A stretch of DNA of 20,000 nucleotides from contig NGBS01000893.1 of assembly GCA_002245135.1 (NCBI GenBank), positions 114,164 to 134,163 of the forward strand. Reading direction: 5' to 3'. The notes under the pieces are model-generated. The model was not told the origin of the DNA and ran no database searches. It saw only the letters and a list, made by a program, of their open reading frames with translations. The stretch is from Proteromonas lacertae (lineage: Eukaryota). Of this stretch, positions 1-9,500 are shown in pieces. The first letter of the stretch is position 1, and every line of letters starts with the position of its first letter. The position numbers were made by a program, and so were the translations under genes.

Positions 1-1
1 T

Positions 2-2399
2 GAATTACCAATAATTGAAAGTGGAAAAAGAATAGATTTTGGTAGTAATACTTTAAATTTACAGTTTTCTCTATTTGACAATAGAAGAAGATTATTAGAA
101 GAAGAAGATAATAGTAATAATAATACAAATTCAATTAGACTTTTTGGTGATTTAAATAATGTGACGATAGAGAATGTAGAAATTAATATTTATATGAAGA
201 AAATAACAAATGAGATAGTAATAAGAGAATGTGGAATATTTGGTTCATTAAATAATTCCACATTGAAGAATATAAAACTTAAATTCTTTAACAGTATTCG
301 ATTTGATTGTAGTGAAAATTCAACAACAAATGGATTAATAAGTGGTAAAAGTGAGAATGCAATATTTGAGAATGTCCAGATAGAATTTTATAAAGATAAT
401 ATCAGAACAATGGCAATAGAAAATAAAGATTCAAATATATTTGGAATGATTGTTGGTGAAGGAAGTAATATTAGAATCATTAATTGTAATGTATTTGGTG
501 ATATAATGACAGTGATAAATAATGGAAATAATACCAAAGACAATAGCAGTATATTTGGTGGATTAATAGGAAAATGTAATGATAAATGTGAAATAAGTAA
601 ATCTTATATTCAAGTGAATAATATTCTGTTATATCAAAGTATAATATTTGGTGGATTAATTGGTTCATTGAATGATGAAAGTGAGATGAAAGTAAGTAAT
701 TCATTTGTGTATATTGAAGATGGTTTAAGAATTGGAGTAGATAAAAATCAAAATGAGTTTGTATATGGAAGTTTTATTGGTGATACAAACAGATGTAAAG
801 AAGTGAATATTAATAATAGTTGGGACAATTTTCATAACAATGGGAATAGAAATCAATACAACAACAACCAATTTTGGTGGGATGATAGGAAGAATAGGTG
901 ATATTAGTGTTGAAAATACAATAATCATAACAAATTCCTCAATGCAAATGCCAATTGGTCATAACACATTTATATTCAGAAATGAAACTGAAGATATTGA
1001 TGAATCTCCAAATGTTGGTTTTATATTTGGAACAAATTTAACCAATAATAATACTTATACATTAGATCATACAATGGCTTATGTAGAATCATGTAATCCA
1101 AATTCTCATTGTATATCACCAGAAATGTATTATCAACCATATGGAGTATATCCAGCTAGTAAAAGTAGATTATTAGGTGTAACAGAAAATAATTATTGTA
1201 GTGGATCTGGAGCATTGAAAGATGAAGGAATATATCAAAGTTCTGAAGGATTGGGAAATGAATTTTGTAATTCTTTTGGAAGAACAACTTGTGAAGGATA
1301 TAATGGAATATGCTATGATCCATTATCCTTTAGTCCATGTAAATTACCTAAAAGTAAAGTTGAATTGAGTTTAAAAGTAGATAGAATCAAATCTGCAACA
1401 AGTAGAAAATTATGTCCAAATGATTGTAATTCTTATGGAGTTTGTATTTATGGTAAATGTTCATGTTTTCCTGGTTTTACTTCATTTGATTGTCGATTAA
1501 GAACATGTCCATTTGGAAGTCCAATTTCAAATCCATCAAATGAATATGAGAAAGATGATAGAATGAATTATGAATGTTCAAATCAAGGAAGATGTAATAG
1601 AGAGAGTGGATTATGTGAATGTTTTAATGGATTTGAAGGAAATGCATGTCAAAGAACAAAATGTCCAAATGAATGTTCAAATCATGGAATTTGTATGACA
1701 GTAAGTGAAGCTGAATTAAAGAAAGAAAAGGATAATATAAACGATAATGATAAATACAATTATGATATAAATTATGTGAAGAAATATGAGAAATGGGATA
1801 AAGATTCAATTCAAGTATGTGTTTGTGATAAAGAATATCGAGGAGTTGATTGTTCAATTCGAAAATGTCCATATGGATATTTAGCTGATAGTGAATGTGA
1901 TTCCTTATCTCAAAGTGAAATTACAATTACATATTCAGGAACAATTTCTAGTGGTAATGATAATGATAAAATCTATGTGAAATATACAGATCCATTTGGT
2001 AGAAAATGGTTTACAAAGAGTTTTAGTATAAATAAAAGAGAAGAATGGTTAGATGTTTTAGGTTCTTTACCTCCAGGTGTTATATCAATTGAAGATATTA
2101 CAGTAAGTGGTAATAATCCAATTACCATTTCCTTAACCTTCTCAAAACATCAAACAGGAAGACAATATCCAATCGAAATAATTGGAAAGAAAGAAATGGA
2201 AAATTACAAAGAATTGAAAGATAAAAATAGTGATAGTATTATTGAAATAAAAGATAATGAATTAACATATGAAATGGATTATACTCAAAGATCTTTAGAA
2301 TGTAGTAATAATGGAATTTGTGATATAAAGAGTGGAATATGTAATTGTTTTGATGGATTTAGAGGAATATCTTGTTCAGAAGTTGATTCTACTTTTTAA
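2..2399 (+). CDS. 5'-truncated, probably secreted/surface protein: Gly/Asn-rich GLUG-like repeat region followed by a tubular-mastigoneme-type (Ocm/Sig/PnMas-like) EGF-repeat domain; one frameshift near 822-824
   Basis: The frame is open from position 2 (ELPIIESGK...RRRLLEEE) into ORF 161..901 with repeated (I/N)FGG(L/M)IG motifs. Removing one base at tggg (821-824) joins it to ORF 840..2399. The C-terminal part has CPNDCNSYGVC, ECSNQGRCNRESGLCECFNGFEGNACQRTKCPNECSNHGIC, KWD...CVCD...DCSIRKCP, YTDPFGRKWFT, LGSLPPGVI and a terminal ECSNNGICD...GISC. This order matches my recollection of stramenopile mastigoneme proteins. Stop TAA at 2397-2399. Confidence 0.75.
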
Positions 2400-2457
2400 C
2401 TGTTAATGTAACAAATTATCTAAAATTCACACTATATTACGTATATACGATGTATTT

Positions 2458-2465
2458 TGTTTGTT
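2458..2465 (+). promoter_or_regulatory. TGTTTGTT, putative Blastocystis-type polyadenylation-associated motif of the EGF gene
   Basis: Exact TGTTTGTT 58 nt after the stop codon. This motif is known to lie just downstream of poly(A) sites in Blastocystis. An 8-mer can arise by chance in AT-rich DNA. Confidence 0.4.
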
Positions 2466-2552
2466 AGCATGATATAATTCAATAGGAGGTATAATATTAT
2501 TCATTTAATTATAAATAATCAACTAAAATATAAAAACAATAGAATAGTAAAT

Positions 2553-3205
2553 TTATTTATGATGTCTTGATGATTTACAATATTCAGCATATTTAGGTTG
2601 TTTTTCAAACTTTTCCATAAATTCTTTTAATGTTGAATTCTTCTTTATTAAACCGTTTGAATAAGCATCACAAAGATAAAATGTATCATATACTTCAATG
2701 TCAGCAATAGATAATCTCTTTCCTATAAAGAAATTACCAGCATTCTCCTTTTTTAAATTTTCAAAATAACCAATCCATACAGGAAGTATTCTTTCAATAA
2801 ATTCCTTTTTTACATCTTCTTTATCTTTATTAAATATTGCTGAATTATAATATTTGCTTCTTAAATCTTCACTTCCATCTATAATCACATCAATTTGCCA
2901 TTTTTCTTCATCATTATCTCCATATAAATTTAATCTATATATCAACAAACAATAATATATACAATCTTCCTAAATATCTTAATATTGTCATACTTTGAAC
3001 AATATTATTGCCGTTATGCTTTAATAACGGTACTTGACCAAATGCTATCTCACCTGATTCAATCATTCTCTTTTTTACTTCTGGCCAATTCACAAGTTTC
3101 TCATATCAACTCCTCTTTGTAATCTTTGCCACTCAAAACAAGTGCAATTCTTGCAACCTCTACACGACCTCGAACATTCAAATAAACTATAGTAAATTCA
3201 TCCAT
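2553..3205 (-). CDS. GST: Glutathione S-transferase (Tyr-type, sigma/pi-like); 2 exons, intron 2935-2962, one apparent frameshift near 3100-3115
   Basis: The minus strand from ATG at 3205 reads MDEFTIVYLNVRGRVEVARIALVLSGKDY. After a frame change it reads WPEVKKRMIESGEIAFGQVPLLKHNGNNIVQSMTILRYLGR. A 28-nt intron (gtatat...atatag) joins this to LNLYG...FFIGKRLSIADI (ORF 2553..2948). The GST N-domain motifs (Y..RGR, FGQVP, QS) and the C-domain motif (S.AD) are present. Confidence 0.9.
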
Positions 3206-3374
3206 ACTATATGGATAAGCTGTATGAAGAAAAAAACAAAATTGGTATACTTGAAACGATACTATTTTGGGTTAATTTTCGCACCACATCTTTTTAAATT
3301 CTATTTATTTCATCTATTTAAAGATAAACATGTAATTAAAATATATTTATATAATCATTAAGAGTTAAAAATAT

Positions 3375-5570
3375 TTAATTTTGATGAGAAACTGATAATA
3401 ATTCAAAAGAGGTATATTGTCTGTATGGTATAGCATATGTATATAATGGAGAAGGTAAATCTTTAACAAGTAAAACAGGAGATGAATCATTATGACTTAT
3501 CCAAAATTCTCTTTTATTCATATCAACTATCACTTCATAAATTGAACCATCTCCATGATTATTGAAATTTGGATTTGAATTAACAACTCTTCCAATATGA
3601 CAAAATGGAGTAATATCTTGACTTTTACCATTCCAAGCAGCAAAATTACATGTTGTTGATTGATCATCAATATTATTACCAGAATATGCATTATTAGTTG
3701 ATAATCCTAACATCATTTCATTATCACTATTTGATTGATTTTGATGAAATTGATATTTGATATGATAAACTCCATTTTCCATCTTCAAATTCAAATAACA
3801 ATGATTCCAACCATTTTGAGATTTTGTTATTACTTTTCCATTATTTGAGATTGTTATATTTCCACTTTTATTTAATTCTGTGAATTTTACATCAACAAAT
3901 TCTAATGAGATTTTGAATTTCTTTTCACTTCGAATATTCTTACAGGTCATTTCATATTCTCTCTTTTCTATTACTTTATCTATCTTTCCATGAATTATTC
4001 CATTTTCTCTATCTATCATTATTCCATCAGGTAAGGATGGATTTATTGAAAATTCACATTTTGCTCCATCAAATGTAGGAAGTATTGACATTTCTTCATT
4101 TAGAATTAAGGAATATTCTGATTGAGGATATGAAAATGATGTGATTTCTTTTATTTTTAATTTCTCTAATAATTCTTCATCTATAATGATATTACTCATC
4201 TCTTCTTCTTCATTCTCACTCAATTTCATTTCTTGAATATATTCGATTAACAATTCTTTGGATTTGGAATTTAAATAACATCCATTATTTAATATTCTAT
4301 AAAGAATTTCTTTTCCACAAAGATTCTTGATTGTAATAATATCATCTATCATTTCAACAAACAAACATAAACACTTCAAGGTTCGATTTCTTTTACTCAC
4401 ATTGTATTCTACACATATTCTTCCTAACAACTTATTCTTTATTTCAACAGGTATTATTTCACATATTTTCATTTCAATTATTATATTTAAAACTATTTCA
4501 ATCATTTTTATATCTTCATTCTTTAATAATTTTATCACTTCTTCTTTGATTTCTTCACCATTTAACTTCTCTAATACATTTTCATTCAATTCTATTTTAC
4601 ATTCTTCTTTCATATAATTTTCAATTATTATCTTCATCAATTCAACATTCTTCACTTCTTCTATATTCACACAGATATGATGATTTATATAGTCATCTAT
4701 ACAGATTTTTAATTTAGATAATTCTAATAAATTTTCTTCACATATTTCATCTTTTTTTATTTCATTTAAATGGATTTTTCTTTTTAATAATTCAACAAAA
4801 CAATACAATTCTTCTTCATTTTCTTCACACTCTTCTTTCAATACTCTCACATACCATTTCAATAAACGATTCAATAACCAACTCTCATTCTTTATTAATA
4901 ATCCATCATTATTCAATAGAAACTTCATTGATTCTAAATTCAGTTTTGATAATAATTCATCTATTCAAATATTATCACAAATTTATTTATATACCATCAT
5001 TCAAGTATTTAAATACATTCATTTTTACATATTCTTCACTCATCTCTCGCAATTCATTCAATTGATTTATCTTTAATCCATTCAACATAGAAAATATTTC
5101 AATCATTATTGAATCATTTAAATGTTTCTTTATATAGCTTTTACACATCTTCATTATTCGATTGTCATTGTAATAGATACTGAATCTCAATATATCACAA
5201 ACATTATCATCATTCAATTCCATACAACCACCACTGTAGTATTTCTCTATCTCTAAAAATGACTTTATTTCACATTTTTCATATAATTCTAATACTCCAT
5301 TATGCTTTTCATCAAGTCAATAACTTCTTTAATGTATCATTCCCATTCATCAAGATACTCTTCACACATACAACTTCTTCACTTCCTATTTTCACTTTCA
5401 AATCACCATAACCATTATTCACTAGTATTCGACTTAGTCTATAAAATCAAATTTTATCATTCATACCCATTCTCACCAATTTCATTATCAATTACTTTCA
5501 TTTCAGCAAAATATTGATTTTGGAATTGTTTTTGAAATGTGATCGTTTCATTCTCATTCAAATCAGTTAC
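3375..5570 (-). CDS. BTB/POZ-BACK + putative Ig (He_PIG-like) + SPRY/B30.2-like protein; introns 5439-5466 and 4961-4994, frameshift near 5315; start uncertain
   Basis: Spliced translation gives NGYGDLKVKIGSEEVVCVKSIL...SFLEIEKYYSGGCMELNDDNVCDILRFSIYYN..IMKMCKSYI (BTB-like) and joins ORF 3375..4928 through the 34-nt intron. SFSYP...FSINPSLPDGIMIDRENGIIHG...YEMTCKN (~3900-4150) is Ig-like. ITISNNGKVITK...GDGSIYEVIVDMNKREFWISHN...LPSPLY is SPRY-like. The frame is open up to ~5570; the first in-frame ATG is near 5502. Confidence 0.7.
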
Positions 5571-5702
5571 ACTGAATAAATCAATAATGAGGAATGATAT
5601 GAATGAATGAAGAAGTGAAACAAATAAAATGAGCATGAATATTATTTCAAAGATTATTCAACACACAATAAAAATAATAACAAATTCATGTATATTTATC
5701 AA

Positions 5703-6141
5703 TCATTCTGTATTTGCTACTAAAGCTGCACCTTTCAATAACCATCTACTTACATTATCATCATCAGCTGTTGGTATCGCAATATAAAACTCAAAATCAC
5801 AACTTCGACGAGTTGAATATCTATAAACTGGACAATTGAATAGATTTTTAGATATTTTTTATATCTCCATCAGGTCTTCTTCCCCAATTATCATTAATAG
5901 GAATTGCACATAAACTCAACACTGGCATTCCACATATTAAATCATTTGGACCACTATCAGCTATAAAACCACACGAAGAATGATCTGGAGGTTGATAATA
6001 TTTAGCTCCATATAATGATAATCCATCGATAAATACACCTGTTTCTGGAGTATCTTTGATTGCTTGATAACTTGCATAATTAGTTGGACATGAATCTATT
6101 ACATAATCATTTATACTAGAATTTGTATCAACTATACAAGC
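5703..6141 (-). pseudogene. Orphan inverted copy of the dynein heavy chain last exon (C-terminal domain)
   Basis: The minus strand reads ACIVDTNSS...TPETGVFIDGLSLYGAKY...MPVLSL...(one-base frameshift in T6 at 5855-5860)...LFNCPVYRYSTRRSCDFEFYIAIPT...WLLKGAALVANTE* with TGA at 5705-5703. These are typical dynein C-terminal motifs. It is preceded by an AG acceptor at 6143-6142, with no upstream dynein exons. Confidence 0.85.
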
Positions 6142-6154
6142 CTATTTATATTAT
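5820..6154 (-). repeat. Left arm of inverted repeat (reverse complement of 19670-20000)
   Basis: 335 bp versus 331 bp. By eye the arms are identical except for two 2-nt indels (gtatttatcg vs gtatatcg; A6 vs A4). The match is cut by the window end and probably extends further. Confidence 0.95.
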
Positions 6155-6162
6155 AATAAACA

Positions 6163-6234
6163 TATATACATGTGCTATACCATACAGACAATACACCTCT
6201 TTTGAATTATTATCAGTTTCTCATCAAAAGTAAA
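6163..6234 (+). repeat. Inverted, slightly diverged copy of the 3' end of the BTB-SPRY gene (3374-3445); gene fragment YTCAIPYRQYTSFELLSVSHQK*
   Basis: 72 bp with 3 mismatches (6172, 6194, 6230) to the reverse complement of 3374-3445. Stop TAA at 6231-6233. The sequence after the stop is unrelated to the 3' flank of the full gene. Confidence 0.9.
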
Positions 6235-6524
6235 ACAATTAATTTATGTATCTCTATAACTTGATTTCATGTTATAATACATTTTTGAATAAAGAGTGGT
6301 TATAAAAATAGCAGCTGTTTACTATATTAGTACTTTTGTTATTTTTGTTTATAAATTATATCAATATATCATCATATATAGATATATCATACATTCATAT
6401 CTCCTTATCTTTTTATTCTTATAAAATTTGACTTTTTATAATCAAGCCAAACAAATCCTTTTTTTCGTTTCAAATTCTAAAATCGATATATAATAGAAAT
6501 TACTACTTTTTTACCAATAGAATC

Positions 6525-9500
6525 ATGAGTACAGGTATGAATATGTCCGTATTTTGAGTTTTATTTGTCATTTATATTCCATCTTTCACTCATTTTATAC
6601 AACTATAGAGAACGAAGGAAAGAAACCTCCCTATTCTTGGAAATTATGGGAGAATGATGATTGTAAAGGTAAAGAGTTGTATTTTTATGGTCATTCTTCT
6701 TGTTTAATTGGAGATCGTGTTGTTTTATTTGGTGGTATAATTCTCACTATTTGTAATAATATAGGCGCCTCATTTCCTGAAGGAAGTCTTGCTTTAGAAG
6801 AAGATTCCAAACCACCCCTTTCAAACGCCATAGCTATACTAAAAATTTTACCAAATGGAAGTTTTCAATGGTGTGGCAAAATGATAACTAATGGCAAATG
6901 CCCAGCTCCCAGAATGGGTCATACAATGTGTGCAATAGACGATAACCACATATTAATATTTGGAGGAATGGGAGAAACACAGAAATTCAATGATATGTGG
7001 TTATGTGATTTACAGAATCTAAAATGGGATCCAGTCTATTATACAGGCACACCACCTACTCCAAGATGTGAACATAGCATGTGTGTTTATAAAGAATCTG
7101 ATGATAATTTAAAACTGTTTATTTTCGGTGGAAGTGTTGGTAAAGGTTCAATTAAATATGATTCTAGTGATTTATATAGTTTTTCATTACGAGATCATTA
7201 TTGGGAACAGTTGGTGTGTCCTTATCCGAAGAATTTACCTGAACCACGATCAGGACATATAATGGTAGAAAGTGGAGGATGTTTATATATGTATATTTCA
7301 TTCATTTTTATTTATTTTTTCCTATTATATTATAGATCAGGCGGTATATCCAATCACAAAACCTATCAAGATCTTTACGAGTATAATATCCTAACCAACA
7401 ATTGGAGACAATTACTCGAACCACCAAAGCCTTTATGGTTTCATTCTGCTTGTACAGCTGATAGAAAAATCATCATCTTTGGCGGACAACAACGATTGGA
7501 TAAGATAATAAGTGATGAAGGATTTAATAATGATTTATTAATGTGTGATACAACAGTAAAAGATGGTTCTTGGAAGATAGTAAGTGTATTAGGGAATCCA
7601 CCACCAACACGAAGATCTTGTACTTTCCTATTTGATGAAGAAAGAAGTAGAGCAATTGTGATAGGTGGTACTGCTAATAAAGTAAGACCTGGTATTTATA
7701 CATTAGAAATAACAAGACCTGAATATTTATTAACATCATTAAACCCTCCAAAAGGTATAGTAAGTGGTGGAAGTCCATTGGAATTAGTTGGTGATAAATT
7801 TGTAAAAGATGAAGAAATATGGATAAGATTTATACATAAGAATGGTAGATGTGAATCACCAGGTACATTTATTGATACACAACATATTATCTGTACAACT
7901 CCTGATTTTAGTGAAGTTGGTTGTGGTAAAGTAGATGTAGAATTATCAATAGGTGATTATAGAGCTGTAAATACACTAAGTTATGATATATTTGCATTAA
8001 CTGATGCTTCATTATGTGTTCCATTTGGCATTTCATTGAGTGATGATAAGAAATTAGCAACTACAAAATCACATTCATTTCGAATATTTGCTATTGATGT
8101 TAGTGGAATAAGCAGAGATTCTGGTGGTGATACATTTATAGTTGAATTAGTGAAAGATGATATGGAAATAAAATATCAAGGCAAAGTGATAGATAACAAC
8201 AATGGAACTTATACTTGTAAATTTAGTTCAAATATTACTGGTAAATTCTTTTTACATATTTCATTATTGAATGTTGCAACAAATGAAACAAAGCCATTAA
8301 GAGAATCACCGTATTTATATTGTTATATTATTTTATATATTATAGATTTACATTATATTTTACTGATCGAGATGATGGTTGGTATAACAAAGAAAATGAA
8401 AGTGATGATTCAAAAATGTTAGCTAAAATAATCAACAATTTATTATCTGATCAACATACAATGGATAAGTTATCACAAAGATTCAATAATATAAGCGATG
8501 TTAGTAATTTGAATGATTTAATCCACACTCAACATGATGTGGATGATTTACAGAATAATGCTGGACAATATGCATATCAATTTAAACGATATGAAATACA
8601 ATTAGATTATTTACAAAACTCAAAAGGTGCAGATCATGGATTAACTTGGTTTAAAGAGATTGATAATCAAAAAGCAAATGTAAAGAGATTAAAAAATGCA
8701 TATCAATATAATGTTGATAGAGTTCCAGATGTACAAAAAGCAATATTGGATAAAAAAGAATATTTTCTATTAGCTGTTCAAGGAGAATTATCTCAATTTG
8801 AGCAAAGAGTTCAAACATTACAACAAGAATTATCAGCTGATAAACAAAACCCGTTATTTATATGGTTAAGAGGTTCTTATTTAATAGATGTTAAAACAAA
8901 AATTACTGATGAATTACAGACATTAGATGGAATGAAAGAAGAATATAATCATTTTATGTATATGGCTAAACAATTTGACTGTCAAAAGTTACTATTTCCT
9001 GTATCAGTATTAGATTTTGAGATTCAGAAATTGAATGCATTATCAGATGTATGGGATGAGAAAGATGCTTATACAATATGGAAAGATAAATTAGACAAAA
9101 AACTGTGGTGTGAAACTACAACAGATTATATAGAAGAAAGTTTACATCCATTAAGAGCTTTAATTGAATATAAACCAGTTATTGGAAATAGTGATATATA
9201 TCAATTTATGATGAGTAAATTAGATTATTTAGAAGATCATTTGGAGTTGTTTCAATCGTTAAAACATCAAGCCATGACTCGAGAACAATGGGAATACTTA
9301 TTACAGATGTTAAAGGCAAGTACAAAACTTTGTCCAATGACAAATCCACGAGTAACAATGAAGAATATATTTGATTTGAATTTGTTACAAAACAAACAAT
9401 TAGTGATGGAAATAACTCAAAAAGCAATTTGTCAAATGCTAATAAGAGAAATGTTAGAGAAATTGGAGAAAAAATGGACAAGTGTTCAATTGAAAAAGAA

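Noticed and set aside
1413..2390. Teneurin/tenascin call for the EGF protein
   Set aside because: There are no NHL/YD or fibronectin repeats, and the EGF spacing and intervening motifs fit the mastigoneme-like family better.
2944..2951. TGTTTGTT on the minus strand within the GST gene, as a polyadenylation-generated stop site
   Set aside because: It lies inside the 28-nt intron and the GST domain continues downstream to a genomic TAA. All gene ends in the window have encoded stops.
5703..6234. Inverted repeats as transposon terminal inverted repeats
   Set aside because: The arms are dynein exon sequence, and no transposase, recombinase or target-site duplication is visible.
6255..6276. Small hairpin tataac...gttata
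   Set aside because: A 6-bp AT-rich stem is expected by chance.
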